Shown: positions 25,160 through 32,000 of the stretch, in pieces
How the letters are laid out: every line of letters begins with the position of its first letter
Numbering within the stretch: the first letter of the stretch is position 1
Assembly (NCBI RefSeq): GCF_900083515.1
Contig: NZ_LT671858.1
Coordinates: 1,740,001 to 1,772,000 of the forward strand
Direction: 5' to 3'
Origin: Cuniculiplasma divulgatum
Lineage (GTDB): Archaea; Thermoplasmatota; Thermoplasmata; Thermoplasmatales; Thermoplasmataceae
DNA length: 32,000 nt
Position numbers and translations under genes: made by a program
The notes under the pieces: generated by a model
Databases searched by the model: none
What the model saw: only the letters and a program-made list of their open reading frames with translations
Told to the model about the DNA's origin: nothing

Positions 25160-25645
25160 GTGACAATACTATGTGATGGCGATATCAGGCTGAGACCGGT
25201 TGATTTAAAAAGAGACATGAATTCGTTCTTACTTTGGTATAATACTCCGAGAGTTATTTTTTATTCAGAAGGGCCAAAAGTAATGCCTTACGGTAGAGAG
25301 ATAATAGAACGAATGATTAAGATACTCTCTGAAATTCATGAGAGCTATATTATAGAAATCTATAAAAAAGATGTGTGGACCCCCATTGGCGATGCAAGTA
25401 TAACTATGGAGAAGACTCCAATCACTATTGGAGTTGAAGAATATTGGGAAAAGGGATTGGGGACAAAAGTTCTTGCCATTTTGATAAGTCGAGCCAGAAA
25501 AATTGGGTTGAAAAAACTTAAGGTCAGTGGAATTTATGAATACAATGAAAGAAGCCTGCGCCTATACCGTAAGGCTGGTTTCTCAGAAACAGAGCATTTT
25601 GAGGAAAATGGTTATAATTGCATAAAGATGGAGTTATTACTCTAG
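25160..25645 (+). CDS. GNAT-family N-acetyltransferase (GTG start)
   Basis: The WEKGLGTKVLAILISRARKIGLKKL...NERSLRLYRKAGF motif A/B region is typical of GNAT. Confidence 0.8.
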   Translation: MTILCDGDIRLRPVDLKRDMNSFLLWYNTPRVIFYSEGPKVMPYGREIIERMIKILSEIHESYIIEIYKKDVWTPIGDASITMEKTPITIGVEEYWEKGLGTKVLAILISRARKIGLKKLKVSGIYEYNERSLRLYRKAGFSETEHFEENGYNCIKMELLL

Positions 25646-25953
25646 ACCTCTGTGCTATCACAAAGAGATTGGTTGCAAAAAGATCAATTTTTTTTAGGAG
25701 TTATGAAAGTGTTTTGAAAAATTTTTTCTACAAAAATTGTTTTCGATGAGTTATATTTCCATTTTTCAGGATATACATTAATATATTGCATTTATTCTTA
25801 CCTAGATCACTGCAAAATTTGGATGATCTATTAATTATCTTATTAAATCCTCTTAAAACAGATAAATATATTTCTGAAATTTGTTTGAAATATGAGTATT
25901 GGTAATATTTGTTAACTAAAATGTTAAGATAACCGGAATAATAATTATCACTA

Positions 25954-26610
25954 ATGAGTGATTATAAAAGACAGATTACCATTCAATCAGATTTAGAATT
26001 CAAAAAAATCACAGATGATATAATAAAAGTGGGAAATAAGCTATATTCACGAGGTTTACTTTACGCTACCAGTGGGAACATAAGTTCTGTTCTAAAATAC
26101 GATCCACTTGAACTGGCAATAACCGCGAGCGGTGTGGATAAGGGAAACATGGATGCTAAGAATGTTCTAATAGTGGATTCAAGTGGAGAAGTCATTGAGG
26201 GTAATGGAAAGCCTTCTGCAGAAACGTTACTTCATCTTGCTGTTATCAGAAATATGAAGGCTAAATCAATAATACATACCCATTCCATATGGTCTACCAT
26301 ACTATCGAGAAGATATTTATCCGAAGGATTCGTCGAACTTAACGGATACGAGATGCTGAAGGCCTTAGAAGGAAATACAACCCACAATGAAAATGAAATT
26401 TTACCTGTATTTGAAAATTCTCAGGATATGGTGGAACTATCTAAAAAGGTTTCAAAATACCTTATAGAACATCCTAAATCTCATGGTTTTTTACTTAGTG
26501 GACACGGACTTTATACCTGGGGAAAGAATCTTAGCGAGGCAATGAGGTCCCTTGAAGCTATTGAATTTCTGTTAGAGATTAGAGGAAGAGAAATAAGTTT
26601 GGAGAGGTGA
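25954..26610 (+). CDS. mtnB: methylthioribulose-1-phosphate dehydratase (class II aldolase/adducin fold)
   Basis: YATSGNISSV, PSAETLLH and IIHTHS motifs, plus adjacency to mtnD and mtnC. Confidence 0.8.
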   Translation: MSDYKRQITIQSDLEFKKITDDIIKVGNKLYSRGLLYATSGNISSVLKYDPLELAITASGVDKGNMDAKNVLIVDSSGEVIEGNGKPSAETLLHLAVIRNMKAKSIIHTHSIWSTILSRRYLSEGFVELNGYEMLKALEGNTTHNENEILPVFENSQDMVELSKKVSKYLIEHPKSHGFLLSGHGLYTWGKNLSEAMRSLEAIEFLLEIRGREISLER

Positions 26611-26614
26611 ATAA

Positions 26615-27187
26615 ATGGTTTCTTTGAAGATAATTGAAAAAAATATTACAATTCATGACCCTGAAAAAGTGGCTGATTATCTTAGTAAATATGGAATAAA
26701 GTATGAGAAATGGAATTCTGATAAACTAAATTCAGAAGATGCATCGCCAGATAGAATACTTGAGGTATATAGAGAAGAAGTAGAAAGACTAAAGAAAGAA
26801 GGCGGTTATGTAACAGCTGATGTCATCGATATAAATAGCAATACCCCTGGACTTGATGATATGCTATTAAAATTCAACAAGGAACACTGGCACGATGAAG
26901 ATGAGGTAAGATATACAATAAAAGGTCATGGATTATTTCATATTAACGCAGAGGATGAAGTAACGCTGTCAGTTGAGGTTGGAAAAGGGGATCTTCTTAG
27001 GGTTCCGAAAGGAACAAAACACTGGTTTGACCTATGCTCAGATAGGGAAATTAGAGCCATAAGACTATTTCAGAACAAAAGTGGATGGACTCCTCATTAT
27101 ACCAATAGCGGGAAAGATAAGAAATTCATGCCTCTGTGCTTTGGACCTGCGTTTATTCCTGCCGAAAATGACAGAGAAAAGGTATGA
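26615..27187 (+). CDS. mtnD: acireductone dioxygenase (ARD, cupin)
   Basis: FNKEHWHDEDEVRYTIKGHGLFHI...GTKHWF carries the ARD metal ligands H-x-H...E...H. Confidence 0.85.
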   Translation: MVSLKIIEKNITIHDPEKVADYLSKYGIKYEKWNSDKLNSEDASPDRILEVYREEVERLKKEGGYVTADVIDINSNTPGLDDMLLKFNKEHWHDEDEVRYTIKGHGLFHINAEDEVTLSVEVGKGDLLRVPKGTKHWFDLCSDREIRAIRLFQNKSGWTPHYTNSGKDKKFMPLCFGPAFIPAENDREKV

Positions 27188-27888
27188 CTTGCAAAATTAA
27201 TATTCAGAATTATGTACTACTTGACGTAGAGGGAACCACAACGCCAGTAAATTTTGTGCACATTACTCTATTTAAGTATGCCAGAGATAGCCTAACTAAA
27301 TTCCTGACAAAAAATAATAAAATCCCGGTGGTGAAAAAAGCACTATTAGAAATAGCTCAGAATGGAAGAATTAATGAAAATGGTGAATTTTCCCCCGATG
27401 AAAAGATTGTCGCGTATATTGAAAGGCTTATTGATCTGGACAGTAAACTTGGGGCACTGAAAACGCTGGAAGGACTTATCTGGCAGGAAGGCTATGAATC
27501 TGGAGAACTGAAGAGTGAGGTATACGATGATGTGCCAGAATCTTTAATTAGATGGAAAAAGTCAGGAAAAAAGGTTTACATATATTCATCAGGCAGTGTA
27601 CTGGCACAAAAACTACTATTTAAATACTCTAAATTTGGCAATTTGACAAAATACATTGACGGATACTTTGATACAGAAATAGGACCTAAAAAAGATGTTA
27701 AAAGTTATGTTAATATTTCTAATAAATTAGGAGTTTTGCCTGAAAAAATTAGTTTTATAAGTGATTCGATAGATGAAGTAAGTTCATCACGAAATGCTGG
27801 CATAAATTCAATTCTAATAAACAGAGGAAATGAAGTAGACGATACAAATCCTGTGGACTTCATAATTGATTTTAGAAGCCTGTGCTGA
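27184..27888 (+). CDS. mtnC: enolase-phosphatase E1 (HAD superfamily, acireductone synthase)
   Basis: LLDVEGTTTPVNFV HAD motif I, YIYSSGSV motif II, ISDSIDEV motif; ATGA overlap with mtnD. Confidence 0.85.
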   Translation: MTCKINIQNYVLLDVEGTTTPVNFVHITLFKYARDSLTKFLTKNNKIPVVKKALLEIAQNGRINENGEFSPDEKIVAYIERLIDLDSKLGALKTLEGLIWQEGYESGELKSEVYDDVPESLIRWKKSGKKVYIYSSGSVLAQKLLFKYSKFGNLTKYIDGYFDTEIGPKKDVKSYVNISNKLGVLPEKISFISDSIDEVSSSRNAGINSILINRGNEVDDTNPVDFIIDFRSLC

Positions 27889-27893
27889 ACCGC

Positions 27894-29087
27894 CTAATCG
27901 CATATTGTTAGAGATTCAGTATCTTTAGGATAATATGTAATTACTTCAGGCCCGTCTTCATGCATGACGACAGTATCTGAATGTCTGAATCCTCCTAAGC
28001 CCTTAACATATATTCCTGGTTCAACTGAAAATGTCATGCCTGCCCTTATTTTTTCATTCTCTCCTACATCCAGAAATGGTGCCTCATGACCTTCAAGACC
28101 AATGCAATGGCCTGAATGGTGTAATCTATACTGAAGCACATCGTTCTCTTTTGCAAATTCTATTACCTTTCTATCAACTGCACTGAACTCCTTGCCTATT
28201 TCCAGAGCGTCTATTGCGACCTTTTGCATTTCCACTGCAAGCTTGTGGAACCTCCTTGTCCTTTCATCTGGCTTTCCCACGAATAAATTTCTCTCGATTT
28301 CAATATGATAACCATCAATTTCCCCACTGGCTCCAGAACCGAGGATATCACCTTTTCTGATTTTCCTATTAGTAAATAATGAATGTGGGTAATAGGAATG
28401 TTCTCCAACCTGCCCCCTAAATCCTGCACCTATTTCCATTGGAGAGTTAATTGAGGGTCTTGTATCCATCCCAAATGCATACATTGCCATTTTATTTGCT
28501 TCAGAGGAGGCTTTGTATGAGATTTCAAAATCAAATTCTCCATATTCTGTATACTCCTGTAAAAGATTATGTGCGAGGTTTCCCCACTTGGAACTTTCCC
28601 TCATAATCTCTATTTCCTCATCTGACTTGATCTTTCTCATATTGTAAAGGTCTTCCGATATGCCTGAAATGTTGAATCCTTTTACGATTTCATCGACTGG
28701 AATTGGCTTAAATCCCCATCCAGAACTGTAGAATGAAGGATTGTCTACACCAATCTTTTTCTCCTTTACGATCTTTTCTGTCCATTCTCCAAAGTACTTC
28801 AGTGGATGCTTATCTCCAGGATAGTCGGGATATCCATAAGAATCCTTTATATTAGGACACTGACCAAGTACATGTTCCTTTTCCATTACGGGACCAAAAA
28901 AGTGTATATCCAGATTCTTATCTATTAGAAATGCTGCTGGTCTTTCAGTGGCAATGTAAAAATAATCTGCAAAATACTTGAATGATGTAGTTCCAGAAAT
29001 ATATATTGCGTCAAGATCCTTCTCGCTCATCAATTTACCGAGCTTTTCAACTCGCCTTTTCAGTTCTCCCTTAGAAATCCTTATCAT
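27894..29087 (-). CDS. M24-family metallopeptidase (Xaa-Pro aminopeptidase/creatinase-like)
   Basis: HHSGHCIGLEGHEAPF, GMTFSVEPGIY and FRHSDTV motifs. Confidence 0.85.
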   Translation of the reverse strand: MIRISKGELKRRVEKLGKLMSEKDLDAIYISGTTSFKYFADYFYIATERPAAFLIDKNLDIHFFGPVMEKEHVLGQCPNIKDSYGYPDYPGDKHPLKYFGEWTEKIVKEKKIGVDNPSFYSSGWGFKPIPVDEIVKGFNISGISEDLYNMRKIKSDEEIEIMRESSKWGNLAHNLLQEYTEYGEFDFEISYKASSEANKMAMYAFGMDTRPSINSPMEIGAGFRGQVGEHSYYPHSLFTNRKIRKGDILGSGASGEIDGYHIEIERNLFVGKPDERTRRFHKLAVEMQKVAIDALEIGKEFSAVDRKVIEFAKENDVLQYRLHHSGHCIGLEGHEAPFLDVGENEKIRAGMTFSVEPGIYVKGLGGFRHSDTVVMHEDGPEVITYYPKDTESLTICD

Positions 29088-29237
29088 GAGTTAATAATCC
29101 TTTTTAGGATTTATAGATTTCCGCATTTATCATAAGTGATGAATTTATGAATGTTAATATATTTAAAGTAAAAAAATAATATCGAATAATTATAAAATTA
29201 CTTAGTGATCAGAGAACTATTTTACGGTTCCCGTTAT

Positions 29238-29780
29238 CTATTCCTGAAGAATCATTTCGGCATGGGCAGTGAATTTAATCTTGCTTCCGACCATTACCTT
29301 TCCCGCCTCTATAACCATATTCCACTTTAACCCGAATTCCTCTCTGACTATTTCACCTGAGACGGTTATTCCTGCCCTTGTCTTACCATATGGATCCTTT
29401 ATTATTCCTTCAAGGTCCCCATGGAAAGTTATCTCTTTGGTTACATCTCTAATTGTGAGATTTCCCTTGATAATATATTCGCTTTCCCCCTTCTTGCTTA
29501 TAGACGTGCTCTCAAACTTAATCTCTTTGTATTTTTCCGCATCGAAGAAGTCTGGTGACTTTAGGTGATTGTCCCTATCATTATCTCTTGTACTTATCGA
29601 CGAGGGATCAATTGTCACTATTACCTTTGCGCTTTCCGGAGTCTTATCTGACCCAAATGCCGTTATTTCAAAATTTCCAAAATTCCCCTTGACTGTTGAT
29701 ATCATCATATGTCTTGCTGAGAACTCAATCTCCGAATGTGCCTTATCAGATATCCATTTCATTTGTTTCTGTGTTTCCAT
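29238..29780 (-). CDS. YceI-like polyisoprenoid-binding protein
   Basis: WISDKAHSEIEFSARHMMISTVKGNF and GNLTIRDVTKEITF are characteristic of YceI. Confidence 0.85.
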   Translation of the reverse strand: METQKQMKWISDKAHSEIEFSARHMMISTVKGNFGNFEITAFGSDKTPESAKVIVTIDPSSISTRDNDRDNHLKSPDFFDAEKYKEIKFESTSISKKGESEYIIKGNLTIRDVTKEITFHGDLEGIIKDPYGKTRAGITVSGEIVREEFGLKWNMVIEAGKVMVGSKIKFTAHAEMILQE

Positions 29781-29838
29781 ATAAGGGTATCAAAAATACA
29801 TTAAAATACTTATAGTTACTTGCAATACATTAGATATC

Positions 29839-30183
29839 ATGATGAATACGGTAAATAAGAATCAGGAAATTTGCCCTATAGTTGAGACAATAAAGGTAAT
29901 TGGTGGTAAATGGGAGCTTACAATTATTAGGTATCTATCGGACAGACCTATGAGATTCAATGAATTACTCAGGAATGCTCATGGGATAAGTTCCAGGACA
30001 TTATCAAGAATCCTCAAGATTCTAATGGAAAAGGGGCTAGTTAAGAGAGAGCTCATTTCGCTTCAGCCTGTTGTGGTTCTATACTCACTGACTGAATCAG
30101 GAAGCGAGATAAGGCCTGTAATAGATGCACTCAGGAAATGGGGTGAAAAATACATTACCTCTGGGGAAAACACCATATATTAA
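29839..30183 (+). CDS. HxlR-family winged-helix transcriptional regulator, divergent from the yceI-like gene
   Basis: CPIVETIKVIGGKWELTIIRYL...RFNELLR...ISSRTLSRILKILMEKGLV. Confidence 0.85.
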   Translation: MMNTVNKNQEICPIVETIKVIGGKWELTIIRYLSDRPMRFNELLRNAHGISSRTLSRILKILMEKGLVKRELISLQPVVVLYSLTESGSEIRPVIDALRKWGEKYITSGENTIY

Positions 30184-30284
30184 TTTTTCTTTGAAATATT
30201 CACTTACAGAATATAATTTTAAAGCTTTCTTATAATATTTATACGATGAGTAAATGCCTCATATGGTGATTACTTGGAACAACG

Positions 30285-31037
30285 ATGGAGGTTTTGGGCC
30301 TCGACTTCAGATATGACAACGGATACAAGGTTTTCAATAACATCAACATCAAGGTGGAAAGAGGGAAATTCGCAGCCATAGTTGGTCCATCAGGGGTAGG
30401 CAAATCCACACTTTTGAGGTTATTTGGCGCTTTTTTGAAGCCAGAAAGCGGTACAGTATTGCTGCATGGAAAACCTGTTTTGAGACCTACTCCATTAATT
30501 TCCATGGTGCATCAGTCAATAGTTACTTTTCCATGGATGACAGCAGAAGAGAATGTGATGCTATCGCTGAAAACAAAAAATATCCCCAAAGATGAATGCA
30601 AAGAACTTGCCTCTAAGGCACTGGAAATGGTTGGTCTTCAGGGATTTGAGAATCTTTATCCCAAGGAGATGAGTGGAGGAATGAGACAGAGAGTCTCTGT
30701 CGCAAGATCTCTTGCTGCAGAACCAAAAGTTTTGCTTATGGATGAGCCTTTTGCACATCTCGATGAGTTGACTGCAGAGGGGTTGAGACAGGATATTTAT
30801 AACATTCTATTCAATCCAGAGAGTCCGCTGGAGTGTGTTATAATGGTCTCTCACAATCTTACTGAAGTTGTTGAGCTTTCAGATACAGTGTTCGTTCTTA
30901 ACAACAGTCCTGCAACGGTTGTGGGACAGATCGATATTGAGATGCCCAGACCAAGAAATAGCAGAGATCCCGTTTTCGATAATTATCTTGATACTCTATA
31001 CAGGCTACTTACAAAGAAAAAAGGGGGAACCAGGTGA
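30285..31037 (+). CDS. ABC transporter ATP-binding protein (nitrate/sulfonate/bicarbonate type)
   Basis: Walker A GPSGVGKST, signature MSGGMRQRVSVARSL, Walker B VLLMDEPF, H-loop VSHN. Confidence 0.9.
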   Translation: MEVLGLDFRYDNGYKVFNNINIKVERGKFAAIVGPSGVGKSTLLRLFGAFLKPESGTVLLHGKPVLRPTPLISMVHQSIVTFPWMTAEENVMLSLKTKNIPKDECKELASKALEMVGLQGFENLYPKEMSGGMRQRVSVARSLAAEPKVLLMDEPFAHLDELTAEGLRQDIYNILFNPESPLECVIMVSHNLTEVVELSDTVFVLNNSPATVVGQIDIEMPRPRNSRDPVFDNYLDTLYRLLTKKKGGTR

Positions 31038-32000
31038 ACGAATATATCTTCATAATACTTGCAGTTCTAGCAACTGGTGGAAGAGTTATAGGATTGATTT
31101 TACTTTCAATTCTTTCAGGGTGGCTTCTTGCGTATGCGGCCATCAAAAGCAAAATATTTGAAAATTTATTTATTTCGTTTATCGAGGTATTTGAGAGTGT
31201 TCCAGTAATTTCATTTTTTCCAATCGTACTTATAATATTTGTTGACAGGATAGGTGGCCCTCTTGGGGTTGAATTTGCGGCTGATTTTCTTGTATTTACA
31301 GCAGTTGTGTGGAATATATGGATGGGACAGTATCAGGCATATAAGACCATTCCCAGTGAAATGGTAGAGGTGACTGAAAATTATAATTTTAGCCTATGGA
31401 TGAAGCTCAGGAATGTGTATATACCATTCTCAATACCCAGAATTGTAGCAAATCTATTTCCAAGTATATCTGATGGTTTTTTTTATATAACAGTAAGTGA
31501 GGTATTTACCATAGGTATAACATCATACAGCACCTTTGGGGTTGGCAGTCCTATAGACAAATTTGCTGCCGATGGGAATTTCAGGATGTTAATAGTAACA
31601 TTTCTAGCCCTTGGGATTTTCGTAATTCTACTCATAGAATTAGTAAGGAGGATAGGGAATCACGCAGTTGCAAAATATACGATTGATACAGATTCACCTA
31701 TTATTAAAAGGGGTAAAGCCAGAATAAGGCAGACTTCAAGATTTTCTGCCATTGTTTCCCAGAACACCCTTGGAAAACTTGCCTCTTATACAAGAGTCAG
31801 GAAAGGACCAGAGGATTTGGAAGAGCTTTATTCTAAAGAAAAAAAGAATGGAAAAATTGGCATAATTGCCGGTGTTATAGTTCTTGCTATTTTTGCATAT
31901 ATTATGTATTCAATCATAATTTTTGTAATGTCTGTAAGTGGTTCTGAATGGTCATACCTTTTCTCACAAACACCGTCACTACTTTATGGATTGCTAATTG
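31034..32000 (+). CDS. ABC transporter permease, partial (runs off the window; long enough to suggest a fused or duplicated permease)
   Basis: Not in the ORF track because no stop is reached. GTG at 31034 overlaps the ATPase stop (GTGA). My translation is open for all 322 codons, is hydrophobic, and carries an EAA-like loop region (VEVTENYNFSLWMKLRNVYIPFSIPRI). Confidence 0.7.
   Translation, partial: MNEYIFIILAVLATGGRVIGLILLSILSGWLLAYAAIKSKIFENLFISFIEVFESVPVISFFPIVLIIFVDRIGGPLGVEFAADFLVFTAVVWNIWMGQYQAYKTIPSEMVEVTENYNFSLWMKLRNVYIPFSIPRIVANLFPSISDGFFYITVSEVFTIGITSYSTFGVGSPIDKFAADGNFRMLIVTFLALGIFVILLIELVRRIGNHAVAKYTIDTDSPIIKRGKARIRQTSRFSAIVSQNTLGKLASYTRVRKGPEDLEELYSKEKKNGKIGIIAGVIVLAIFAYIMYSIIIFVMSVSGSEWSYLFSQTPSLLYGLLI

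Noticed and set aside
29781-29838. Short palindrome GTATCAAAAATAC between the yceI-like and hxlR genes as an HxlR operator
   Set aside because: The arms are only 4 bp in AT-rich DNA, which is not distinguishable from chance.

Overview
AT-rich prokaryotic window, probably archaeal and Thermoplasmata-like. That guess is low confidence and rests on A/T-rich TATA-like upstream regions, an AAA_14/DUF4143 ATPase, a short pAgo and the IS types present. Two regimes are visible. (1) Positions ~1-25100 are an accessory, heavily rearranged region. It holds eight IS-derived segments: three IS630 (one intact, two fragments), two IS3, one tnpB fragment, one IS110 fragment and one IS4-superfamily element. 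It also holds three apparently intact type II toxin-antitoxin pairs (vapBC and two relBE-like), several decayed TA genes, an N-terminally truncated and apparently catalytically dead short Argonaute (MID-PIWI), a SHOCT/DUF302/methyltransferase/DUF4396-like cluster, and several orphan ORFs. (2) Positions ~25100-32000 look like ordinary housekeeping DNA: GNAT, methionine-salvage mtnB-mtnD-mtnC, M24 peptidase, YceI, HxlR and an ABC transporter. The most striking signal explained by no gene is a 40-nt sequence, GTATTCCCTTAAAACATTAATCAAATCCCGACCGGTCCAT. It occurs seven times at 36-40/40 identity, always on the + strand and always intergenic, and there are about four weaker same-orientation copies. 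These repeats cut the accessory region into 1-4 gene units, many of them TA modules. This resembles an integron-like cassette array or a serial-integration array, but the repeat lacks classical attC features and no site-specific recombinase gene lies in the window. No tRNA, rRNA or CRISPR array was found. All homology calls are by-eye motif recognition, not database searches.
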